From: Gemmatimonadota bacterium
GTDB taxonomy: Bacteria; Gemmatimonadota; Gemmatimonadetes; Gemmatimonadales; GWC2-71-9
Direction of reading: 5' to 3'
DNA length: 64,000 nucleotides
Assembly: GCA_003222155.1 (NCBI GenBank)
Contig: QHUU01000056.1
Coordinates: 4,675-68,674 of the forward strand
Each line of letters starts with the position of its first letter. The first letter of the stretch is position 1. The notes beneath the pieces were generated by a model, which searched no databases, was not told the DNA's origin, and saw only the letters and a program-made list of their open reading frames with translations. The translations under genes and the position numbers were made by a program. Shown piece after piece: positions 18,191-25,844 of this stretch.

Positions 18191-18408
18191 ATGGTCAATC
18201 TGCCGCGCGCCTCCTCCTCGGATCCCCTGATCCCGCTCGTCTTCCTCGGCGTCCCCCTGACCGTTGTCGCCGCCGTCGCGCTGGCAAACAGGATCGTCAG
18301 GAATGATGAAGGCGCGGTGCGCGCGTTGTTCCCTCCGGGAGGTGATGTGGTGGCGGGACGGCCCGCTGCCAACCCCGATCAGTTCGGGTCGCTTTCGCCC
18401 GCGACTAG
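18191..18408 (+). pseudogene. decayed, internally deleted copy of the gene at 23877..24563
   Basis: Nucleotide similarity from 18171 (CTAGAGTCGC) through the N-terminal 40 codons (MVNL..SSSDPLIPLVFLGV..ANRI). Two internal deletions follow, then the homologous C-terminal codons, the homologous TAG (18406-18408, now out of frame) and the same downstream repeat element. Confidence 0.75.
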
Positions 18409-18415
18409 AGCCTCT

Positions 18416-18443
18416 ACTGACCCCGGGCGCAAGCCCGGGGTGA
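18416..18443 (+). repeat. REP-like GNRA hairpin element, copy A
   Basis: ACTGA-CCCCGGGCGCAAGCCCGGGG-TGA: 8-bp GC stem with a GCAA loop. Confidence 0.8.
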
Positions 18444-18791
18444 AGGCAGGGGCCGGGGAACACGGAGCGCGGCGCGTGAGCCGCAGTCACCCCCGGAAAA
18501 GAGGGGTCAGAGCCCACCCGTGGCGCCTGCGCGTCGGGGCAACTCCGCCACCTGGTGTGGGGCACGTGCTACGGAGCGAGTGGGAGAATACCCCGGTACC
18601 TGGTCACGAGTGACGTGACGGCGACGTTTAGAAGCGGTACACGACTTGCGAGCCCTGCCCCCGACCCGCGGCTGTGCGCGGTTCTAGGGAGGCGGGGGTG
18701 CGAATCGGGTTGTTGTCAGGGTGTTCGTCTAGGGACGGGCGCGACATGCCGGAAGTCGTCCGGTGAGCGCCGCGCGCGCCGAGCGTCGTCC

Positions 18792-20006
18792 ATGACGCCG
18801 GTTCGGTCGCCCGGCACCCGCACGCTGCTCCTGTACGCGCAGGACCGGCAGGGCCTCGGCCACATCACGCGTAGTCTCACCATCGCCCGCCATCTGCTGG
18901 CGCGCTACCCGAGCGCAGTCGTGTACCTCGTGACCAAATCCGCACTCGCGGGCCATTTCACCCTGCCCGAGCGGTGCGACTACATCAAGCTGCCCTCCCT
19001 ACTCACCCCGGACGGCTGGCAGGGGACGGCGTGTGAGGAAGAGGACGCGAAACGGCACTTCCGCGAGCTCCGAGGCACGATCCTCAGGGACGCAGCGCTC
19101 GGGCTGGCCCCGGACTTGGTGCTGGTGGACCATGAGCCGCTCGGCGCCAAGGGCGAGTTCGCCGCCGGCCTGCGCGCGCTGAAGGCCGCGCGTCCCGACA
19201 CGCGGTTCGTGTTGGGGCTGCGCGACATCATGGACGACCCGGAGCGAATTCGCGGGCAATGGCGCGAGCTCGGCGTGTACGACGCGCTCGAGCATCTGTA
19301 CGACGGCATCGCCGTGTACGGCTCGCCCGCGCTCCACGACGTGGCCGAGGCCTACGCCATCCCGCCGGGCATCCGGCCCAAGCTGCATTACTGCGGATAC
19401 ATCGTGCGCGAGGCCCCCCGGGTCGATCCCGCGGAGGTGCGGCGCGAGCTTGGTCTGCCCGACGGGGCGGCCCTGGTGCTCGCGACAGTCGGGAGCGGCA
19501 GCGACGGGTTCCCGGTCCTCGATGCGGCGGTCGCGGCTCTCGAGCGGTTGGCGGCCAGGCGCCCCGACCTCCGCGCGATCGTGGTCACGGGGCCCTTCAT
19601 GCCGGCGGACCAGCGGGCGGAGCTCGAGCGCCGGGCCACGGCGTCGTGCCACGTCGTCCCCGAGACCGACACGCTGCCCCTGTTCGCGGCCGCCGACGCG
19701 GTGGTGACAATGGGCGGCTACAACAGCGTTTGCGAGGCGCTGGCCGCCGCCCGACCGATGGTCATCGTGCCCCGGGCCACTGACAAGGTCGAGCAGTGGA
19801 TTCGCGCCGAGCTGCTGGCGGCGCGGGGCCTCGTCGCGTGCGTCCACCCGCGCGAGCTCGCGCCGGACCGCCTCGCCGAGGCCATCGAGTGGGCGCTGGG
19901 CTGCGATCGCGCCGCCCACGCGCGCCGCGTGCGCGAGGTCATCCCCTCGTTCGACGGCGCGGCGCGCCTGACGGCCTACCTCGCGCGCTGGCTCGGGGGA
20001 GACTGA
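18792..20006 (+). CDS. MurG-like GT-B glycosyltransferase (GT28 C-terminal domain / COG4671-like)
   Basis: ATG 18792. N-terminal LLLYAQDRQGLGHITRSLTIARHL. C-terminal donor-binding-type segment ADAVVTMGGYNSVCEALAAARPMVIVPRA. Confidence 0.8.
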   Translation: MTPVRSPGTRTLLLYAQDRQGLGHITRSLTIARHLLARYPSAVVYLVTKSALAGHFTLPERCDYIKLPSLLTPDGWQGTACEEEDAKRHFRELRGTILRDAALGLAPDLVLVDHEPLGAKGEFAAGLRALKAARPDTRFVLGLRDIMDDPERIRGQWRELGVYDALEHLYDGIAVYGSPALHDVAEAYAIPPGIRPKLHYCGYIVREAPRVDPAEVRRELGLPDGAALVLATVGSGSDGFPVLDAAVAALERLAARRPDLRAIVVTGPFMPADQRAELERRATASCHVVPETDTLPLFAAADAVVTMGGYNSVCEALAAARPMVIVPRATDKVEQWIRAELLAARGLVACVHPRELAPDRLAEAIEWALGCDRAAHARRVREVIPSFDGAARLTAYLARWLGGD

Positions 20007-20010
20007 CGCG

Positions 20011-21018
20011 ATGCGCCTCGAGTTCATGCCGAGCCCCGAGCGGCGCGCCGCGCTGCGCGCACAACGCGCACGCCTGGAACAGTCGACCGAGGTCCTGACC
20101 GTCCTGCGCCCCGAGTTCGCGACCGACGTCGCCGCGGCCGATGCGGCGTGTAGCGTCGAGAGCGTGCACCCCGATCGCTTCGTCCTCCGGACCCGCGTCC
20201 GCACGCGACTCGGCGTGTGGCGCTCGTTTGCGCTGAAGGCGTACGCCGACGACTTCGGCGCTCGGGTGTGGGCGCACGCGCGGGCCCTGGCCGCGTGCCG
20301 CGAGCTGGCGCCGGGCGGCGTGTGTCTGCCGATTCGCTACGTCGCGCACGAGCGCCTGCTGGTCTTTCCGTGGGTAGACGGTCGCTGCCTCACCGACATC
20401 GAGCATGACCGGGCCCCGGAGCTGTTTCGGCAGGCCGCGTGTCTCACCGCGAGCCTGCATCGCCTCCCGCTGGCCCCGGAGTCGCCAACCACCCCGGAAC
20501 AGCTCATCGCGCAGGTGGCCGCGCGGTGCGAGCGGCTGCGGCGGCGCTGGCCCGATGCGGCCCCCGTGATGGAACCCATGGTGTCGGCGCTCGCGGACGC
20601 CGTGAGCTCGCTCGATCCGGCGGAGCCCGCACCGGTGCACGGGGACCTGTGGGCGGGACAGTTCGTATGGACGGGCGAGCGTCTCGTACTGCTCGACCTG
20701 GACGCCTTCGGCTATACCGATGCGGCCTACGACGTGGGCCATTTCCTGGCGCAGCTCGAGCGTGGGGGGCTCGCCGATCCCGCGCGAGCGGCGCGCGCCG
20801 ATCGGTTGGGGGCCACGTTTTTCGATGCCTACCGCGTTTCGATGCCCGCAGTGTCGGCCCGCAACGTCGCGTTCTACCGCGCCCTCACGCTTGCCCGCAA
20901 GATCCATACGGTGCGCCGGACCGACCCCGCCGGGTGGCCCCGGCTCGCCGTCGCACTGGCCCGGCGCGCCCGCGCGGCGCTCGAGGCGATGGCGCCCGCC
21001 GCCGTGAGCGCCCGATGA
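20011..21018 (+). CDS. APH/choline-kinase-fold phosphotransferase, paralog 1
   Basis: Begins 4 nt after the GT stop. Lys context SFALKAY, catalytic loop VHGDLWAGQF, metal-binding segment VLLDLDAFG. Confidence 0.8.
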   Translation: MRLEFMPSPERRAALRAQRARLEQSTEVLTVLRPEFATDVAAADAACSVESVHPDRFVLRTRVRTRLGVWRSFALKAYADDFGARVWAHARALAACRELAPGGVCLPIRYVAHERLLVFPWVDGRCLTDIEHDRAPELFRQAACLTASLHRLPLAPESPTTPEQLIAQVAARCERLRRRWPDAAPVMEPMVSALADAVSSLDPAEPAPVHGDLWAGQFVWTGERLVLLDLDAFGYTDAAYDVGHFLAQLERGGLADPARAARADRLGATFFDAYRVSMPAVSARNVAFYRALTLARKIHTVRRTDPAGWPRLAVALARRARAALEAMAPAAVSAR

Positions 21019-22025
21019 GCGCGCCGGTCGCGCTCCCGTCTCCGGAGCTGGAAGTCGTCTTGCGCGCGACGCTGGGCGACGTGATTGGTCCCGCAGCCCG
21101 GCTCGACGCATGGACCGCGACGCTGGTCACGCGGCATGGGCGGCGCCGCGTCGTGCACTTCGAGCTCGACGCCTTCCTTCCGGGCCGCTCCGACCCGCAG
21201 CGCCTCGATTGGGTGGGGAAGTTCTACGACGGGGATGTGGAGGCGCGGCGGGTCGCGGGCCTGCTCGAGGGTCTCGCCCGTTGCGACGGCAGCCGGCACG
21301 GCGCGTTCGTCGTGCCCACGCTCCTCGGCTACGACGCCCCGCGCTACCTCGTCCTCATGACGTACGAGACAGGGGAGGAGTTGACGCCTGCGCTCGCGCG
21401 CTCGGGCGCCGTCGTGCTGGAGGCCATCGGACGCGCGCTGGCGGCGCTGCACGCAGTCAGTCCGCCGGCCGCGCTTCCCGGTGTAACGACGCCCGCCGTG
21501 GTCCTCGAGCGGTTACGGGCCCGTGTCGCCGCGATGTGCGAGCGGGTTCCCGAGGCAGGGGGCGTGCTGCGGCGCGCCTTCACCCGGCTGGAACGAGAAC
21601 CCCCCGTCGACCCTCGGGCTCCAGTGCTCCTGCACGGCGATTTCGGTCCCGCGCAACTCCTGTGGCGTGGTGACCGGGTCGTGATCTTCGACTTCGACCG
21701 CGCGACGCTCGGCGATCCGGCGCTCGACCTCGGGACCATCCTGACCCAGTTCCGCCGCAGCACGCTGCGAAAGCCCGGCCGGCTCGGGGACTTCGCCACG
21801 TTGCGCGCGACCCTGATCGATGCCTACGCCCGTCACGCGGGCCGCGAGCCGGGGCTCGCGGATCGGGTCCGCTGGTATGAGCGGACCACGCTGTTGGGTA
21901 AGATCCATTCGTTGCTGTTCGACACTACTCGCCACCCGGAGCCCGCGGCGCTCGAACGGCGGCGGACTGAGGCGGTGCGCTTACTGGAAGAGATTGCCGC
22001 CGCCGTCGGGTCGAGCTCGGGATGA
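21015..22025 (+). CDS. APH/choline-kinase-fold phosphotransferase, paralog 2
   Basis: ATGA overlap with paralog 1. DWVGKFY, LLHGDFGPAQLL, VIFDFDRAT. Confidence 0.8.
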   Translation: MSAPVALPSPELEVVLRATLGDVIGPAARLDAWTATLVTRHGRRRVVHFELDAFLPGRSDPQRLDWVGKFYDGDVEARRVAGLLEGLARCDGSRHGAFVVPTLLGYDAPRYLVLMTYETGEELTPALARSGAVVLEAIGRALAALHAVSPPAALPGVTTPAVVLERLRARVAAMCERVPEAGGVLRRAFTRLEREPPVDPRAPVLLHGDFGPAQLLWRGDRVVIFDFDRATLGDPALDLGTILTQFRRSTLRKPGRLGDFATLRATLIDAYARHAGREPGLADRVRWYERTTLLGKIHSLLFDTTRHPEPAALERRRTEAVRLLEEIAAAVGSSSG

Positions 22026-23446
22026 TGGAGTCACCCGCCGTGCCCCGAGACTCGCTCGCCGTCGAACGTGGCAAGGCGGGGTTTCCCGTCGACCCGAGCT
22101 TTCCGCAGCTCGAGATCGCGAGCGATCCCGCGCGGATGCTCGAGGTGTGCCGCGCTCACCTGGAGCCGGTCGCGGGGAAGGCCTACCACATCGACGCCTG
22201 CGTGCCGGTCCGGTTTCGGTGCCGGCAGTCCACATCGCGCTGCGTCCTCCAGTACTCGCTGCGCGTAATCGACCGGGTGACGGGAGGCGCGTTCGACCGG
22301 TGGGTCACCGGCGTGGTGTACTCGCGGTCGGGGGAAGCCGAGCGCCTGTGGCGAGAACTCGGGGCCACGGATCCGAAGCGCTCGATTCCCGATCAGTGGC
22401 TCACCTTCGAGCCGCTCGCCTACGTCCCCGAGCTTGAGATGCTGGTGCAAGTCTTTCCGTATGATCGCCAGCTCCGTGGCCTCGGCAGAGTGCTCGCAAC
22501 CGACGGCCGGGAGCTCGCGCCGCTCCTGCGGGCGCAGGTGGGCGCGGGTGACTGGCGCGCCGGCGCCGGGCGCCTCGAGCTTCTGCGCTATCGTCCCGAG
22601 ATCGGCGCCGCGCTGCGCTACACGTTGGAGCTTCGGGACACGCGGTCGGGACGCACCCAGACGCGTCGCTGCTACGTGAAGGTGTGCCGTCCCGGGCGTG
22701 GCGCCGCCACGTTCCAGTTGATGGAGGCGCTCTGCGCGGGGCACGCCGGGGCCCGATCGGCGTACGACGTCGTGCGGCCACTGGCCTATCTCGAGGAGCT
22801 CGACACGCTCGTCGTCGACGAGGCGCCCGGCACGGCGCTGCTCGTGCTCCTGCGAGGACGCGACGATCCGATGCCGGCGGTGCGCGCCGCCGCGCGCGCC
22901 CTCGCCGCGTTCCATCTGAACGGTCGAGCCATTGGGCCGCACGAACCCCTGGCGGAGCAGATTCACGACGTCGAGCGGGCCGCCTCGCTGCTCGAGTGGG
23001 CGTGCCCGGAGGTGAGCGACGACGTCCGGGCCGTTGCCGCCACGGTCGTCGCCGATCTGACGGAAGCGCCGCCGACGCCGATCCACGGCGACTTGAAGGC
23101 CGATCACCTCTTCATTGCAGGCGATCGGGTCACCGTCATCGATTTCGATCGCGTCGCCGTGGGCGATCCCGTCCGCGACCCCGCCCGTCTCTACGCCTAT
23201 CTGACGGGTCGCGTCGGGCTCGATGCGGTGCCAGCGGAGCGGGCGGAGGCGGCCGCCGCCGCGTTCGTTGACGCGTACTTCGCTCACGTACCAGCCGAGT
23301 GGCGCGAGAGATTTGACCTGCAGTACGCTGGGGCCTTGCTGGAAGTGGCGACCGGTTTGTTCCGCAGCCAGGAGCCCGGGTGGCGGCGCTTGGTAAGCGC
23401 CGCGGTCGCGAGCGCCTGCCGCGCCCTGTCCTCACGATGGGCCTGA
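22022..23446 (+). CDS. APH/choline-kinase-fold phosphotransferase, paralog 3, with about 190-aa N-terminal extension
   Basis: ATGA overlap with paralog 2. CYVKVC, IHGDLKADHLF, TVIDFDRVA. Confidence 0.8.
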   Translation: MMESPAVPRDSLAVERGKAGFPVDPSFPQLEIASDPARMLEVCRAHLEPVAGKAYHIDACVPVRFRCRQSTSRCVLQYSLRVIDRVTGGAFDRWVTGVVYSRSGEAERLWRELGATDPKRSIPDQWLTFEPLAYVPELEMLVQVFPYDRQLRGLGRVLATDGRELAPLLRAQVGAGDWRAGAGRLELLRYRPEIGAALRYTLELRDTRSGRTQTRRCYVKVCRPGRGAATFQLMEALCAGHAGARSAYDVVRPLAYLEELDTLVVDEAPGTALLVLLRGRDDPMPAVRAAARALAAFHLNGRAIGPHEPLAEQIHDVERAASLLEWACPEVSDDVRAVAATVVADLTEAPPTPIHGDLKADHLFIAGDRVTVIDFDRVAVGDPVRDPARLYAYLTGRVGLDAVPAERAEAAAAAFVDAYFAHVPAEWRERFDLQYAGALLEVATGLFRSQEPGWRRLVSAAVASACRALSSRWA

Positions 23447-23497
23447 AGCACCTCGGCCGCACCGGTCTAGTCCGACGGCCGGTCCACCCAGCCCAGG

Positions 23498-23515
23498 CCG
23501 GTTTTCAAGACCGCC
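23498..23515 (-). other. fragment of the tRNA-Ser anticodon arm (pseudo-tRNA scar)
   Basis: 18-nt perfect match to 17328-17345 (CGGTTTTCAAGACCGCCG on the + strand). In the tRNA sense the match extends to 24 of 26 nt, with a 2-nt indel, into the start of the variable arm (CTGGGC). Confidence 0.5.
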
Positions 23516-23744
23516 GAAACCGCCCCAAACAGGACCCGTCACCGCGCTCGGTCCACGTCTCCCGCACATAGCCCAACCGCGAGGCGGCGACGAGCAGTTG
23601 CGCCTCGAGGCGCGCGGAAAAGTGTCCCCCGACGGCTTCATAGCCTGCTCCTAGCGCGGAGAGGAATTCGCCGAACTCCACCCCCAGGGCGAAGCTGTCG
23701 CTCTGATCGAGGTATGTGATGAACACATCGGGCGGCGCGCTCAT
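23505..23744 (-). CDS. hypothetical 79-aa protein
   Basis: ATG 23744 with a perfect AGGAGG 10 nt upstream. MSAPPDVFITYLDQSDSFALGVEFGEFLSALG... The stop codon is the TGA of the tRNA-fragment anticodon. Confidence 0.5.
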   Translation of the reverse strand: MSAPPDVFITYLDQSDSFALGVEFGEFLSALGAGYEAVGGHFSARLEAQLLVAASRLGYVRETWTERGDGSCLGRFRRS

Positions 23745-23774
23745 GGGGATACTGCCTCCTATCGCGATATCCCC
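23745..23774 (-). promoter_or_regulatory. hairpin enclosing the SD of the 79-aa ORF; contains the 10-bp palindrome TATCGCGATA
   Basis: In the mRNA sense: GGGGAUA-UCGCGAUAGGAGGCAG-UAUCCCC-AUG. The stem is 7 bp, the SD lies in the loop, and the 3' arm abuts the AUG. Confidence 0.35.
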
Positions 23775-23876
23775 TGAAGATGCCTGAGGGCGACTCGGGG
23801 TCACGGGTAGGTCAACCGCTCGGCGCAGCAGGGTCTGGCCCTTCTGACCGGCGGACACTAGAGTCGCAGCGTGCAC

Positions 23877-24563
23877 ATGGTCAATCTGTTGCGCGGGTCG
23901 TCCTCGGATCCCCTGATCCCGCTCGTCTTCCTCGGCGTCGCCCTGACCGTCGTCGCCGCCATCGCGCTGGCCAACAGAATCACCACCAACCGGCGGCGCA
24001 AGGCCTACGAAACCTTCTGCTTCGAGCGCGGCTACCGATTCGAACCGGAGCGTCCTGGGGAAGAAGCCCGCCATGTGGCCACGTGCCCGGTGTTCTCGGA
24101 AGGACACCGGCGCACGTGGGGGTTCACCATCGTCGGCACGAGCGGCGGCACGCCGTTCACCGCGTTCGAGTACAAATGGACCACGGGCTCCGGGAAAAAC
24201 TCGCACACCCACCGTATCGGCGGCCTGCTGTGGACCACGGAGCGCGCGCTCTCTCAGTTCCTCGTCACGCCCGAGGGCCTCTGGGCCAGACTCGCGGCGT
24301 ACTTCGGAGGGCAGGACATCGATTTCGCCGAGTCGCCCGAGTTCTCGCGCGCCTATCGGCTACGAGGGAGTGATGAAGCCGCGGTACGTGCGTTGTTCAC
24401 GCCCGCACGCCGCCAGGTGTTCGAGCTGGTTCGAGGCCAACACGCCGCCGGCGCCGGCCGGGAGCTGATGTGGTGGCGAGACGGCGCGCTGCCGTCCCCC
24501 GATCAGTTCGACACGTTCATCATGGAAGGCGAGCGCATCCGCGTGGCGTTCGCCCGCGACTAG
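23877..24563 (+). CDS. membrane-anchored protein of unknown function (intact copy of the 18191 pseudogene)
   Basis: ATG 23877 is conserved in the decayed copy. N-terminal TM DPLIPLVFLGVALTVVAAIALANRI, followed by a soluble domain of about 190 aa. No family recognised. Confidence 0.7.
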   Translation: MVNLLRGSSSDPLIPLVFLGVALTVVAAIALANRITTNRRRKAYETFCFERGYRFEPERPGEEARHVATCPVFSEGHRRTWGFTIVGTSGGTPFTAFEYKWTTGSGKNSHTHRIGGLLWTTERALSQFLVTPEGLWARLAAYFGGQDIDFAESPEFSRAYRLRGSDEAAVRALFTPARRQVFELVRGQHAAGAGRELMWWRDGALPSPDQFDTFIMEGERIRVAFARD

Positions 24564-24570
24564 ACCCTCG

Positions 24571-24598
24571 ACTCACCCCGGACGCAAGCCCGGGGTGG
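24571..24598 (+). repeat. REP-like GNRA hairpin element, copy B
   Basis: ACTCA-CCCCGGACGCAAGCCCGGGG-TGG, 8 nt after the stop of 23877..24563. Confidence 0.8.
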
Positions 24599-24765
24599 CG
24601 ACCGCTGGGAGCCTCCGCCGCCCGATTCGCACCTGGTCGAGAACCTCACAAGATCCTCACACAATTCTAAAACGGCGGCTCCGCCTCGTGGGCTGATCGG
24701 AACAAGGTTTGCCGAGTCGGCACGTACCGGAGATCAATCGAGACAACGGCAACCGGAGGTGCCCG

Positions 24766-25833
24766 ATGGAACGTCACGTGTCATCGCTGCGCGGTTCCGC
24801 GATAGCGGTCGCAGGGCTCACGTCGATGCTTGCTGCGTGTTCCAACACCACGACGACGAACGTCGCAGCGCGGGAATATCTCGAAACCCGGCTCGTGGCC
24901 GACACGGCGGGGCTCGGTGCTGCGAGTGTCGACAGCAGTCTCAAGAATCCGTGGGGCATGGCGTTCGGGCCGACCGGCGTGCTCTGGGTGAGCGACAACC
25001 ATTCCGGCGCGTCGACCCTGTACGACACGACCGGCGCGAAGCGCGCGCTGGTCGTCGCGGTCCCCTCGAGCGGCAGCGCCACGGGCGGCGCACCGAGCGG
25101 GATCGTCTACAATCCCACGGCTGATTTCGTCATTCCGGGGAGCAGCAAGGCGCTGTTCATTTTCGCGGGCGAGGATGGCGTCATCTCGGCATGGAACGCG
25201 AGCACGGGCAACGCCACGCTCGTCGCCGACCGCTCGGGGAACGGTGCGGTGTACAAGGGCCTCGCGATGGCCGCCAACGGCGGCGCGAATTTTCTGTTCG
25301 CTACCGACTTCAAGCAGAACGGCGTAGACGTGTTCGACGCCACGTTTCAGTTCGTGAAATCGTTCACTGATTCCACCGTGCCGGCGGGATACGCGCCCTT
25401 CGGCATTCAGGCGATCGGCGGCCAGTTGTATGTCACGTTCGCAAAGCAATTGGCGCCTGCCAATCAGGATGACCAGGCCGGGCCCGGGAACGGTTACGTC
25501 GATGTCTTCAATACGAACGGCACCGTCGTCAAGCGATTCGCGACCCGAGGCGCCTTGAATTCCCCCTGGGGCGTGGCGCTCGCGCCGGCCGGGTTCGGTG
25601 GGTTCAGCGGCGATCTGTTGCTCGGCAACTTCGGGGATGGCCGAATCGGCGCGTATGATCCGGCCACGGGTAGCTTCATCGACTTCCTGCGCGATGGTAC
25701 CGCCAACCCGATCGTGATCGACGGCCTCTGGGGACTCACGTTCGGCCCGAGCCCGGACTCGACGACGCTGTTCTTCACGGCCGGGCCGGACGGCGAGGCC
25801 CACGGTCTACTGGGCACCCTCACTGCGAAGTGA
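24766..25833 (+). CDS. TIGR03118-family beta-propeller lipoprotein
   Basis: ATG 24766 with GGAGG upstream and lipobox LAAC. Family-typical strings NPWGMAFGPTGVLWVSDN, YKGLAMA, VDVFDATF, NSPWGVALAPAGFGGFSGDLLLGNFGDGRIGAYD, IDGLWGLTFG. Confidence 0.8.
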   Translation: MERHVSSLRGSAIAVAGLTSMLAACSNTTTTNVAAREYLETRLVADTAGLGAASVDSSLKNPWGMAFGPTGVLWVSDNHSGASTLYDTTGAKRALVVAVPSSGSATGGAPSGIVYNPTADFVIPGSSKALFIFAGEDGVISAWNASTGNATLVADRSGNGAVYKGLAMAANGGANFLFATDFKQNGVDVFDATFQFVKSFTDSTVPAGYAPFGIQAIGGQLYVTFAKQLAPANQDDQAGPGNGYVDVFNTNGTVVKRFATRGALNSPWGVALAPAGFGGFSGDLLLGNFGDGRIGAYDPATGSFIDFLRDGTANPIVIDGLWGLTFGPSPDSTTLFFTAGPDGEAHGLLGTLTAK

Positions 25834-25844
25834 CCGGGCCGTGA

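Noticed and set aside
17285-23515. Interpreting the tRNA-Ser plus fragment as attL/attR of an intact integrative element.
   Set aside because: There is no integrase, excisionase or transfer genes in the window. The fragment lies 5' of the intact tRNA and covers only the anticodon arm, not the 3' half expected from canonical tRNA-targeting integration. The cassette genes have host-like GC. It is kept only as a possible old scar.
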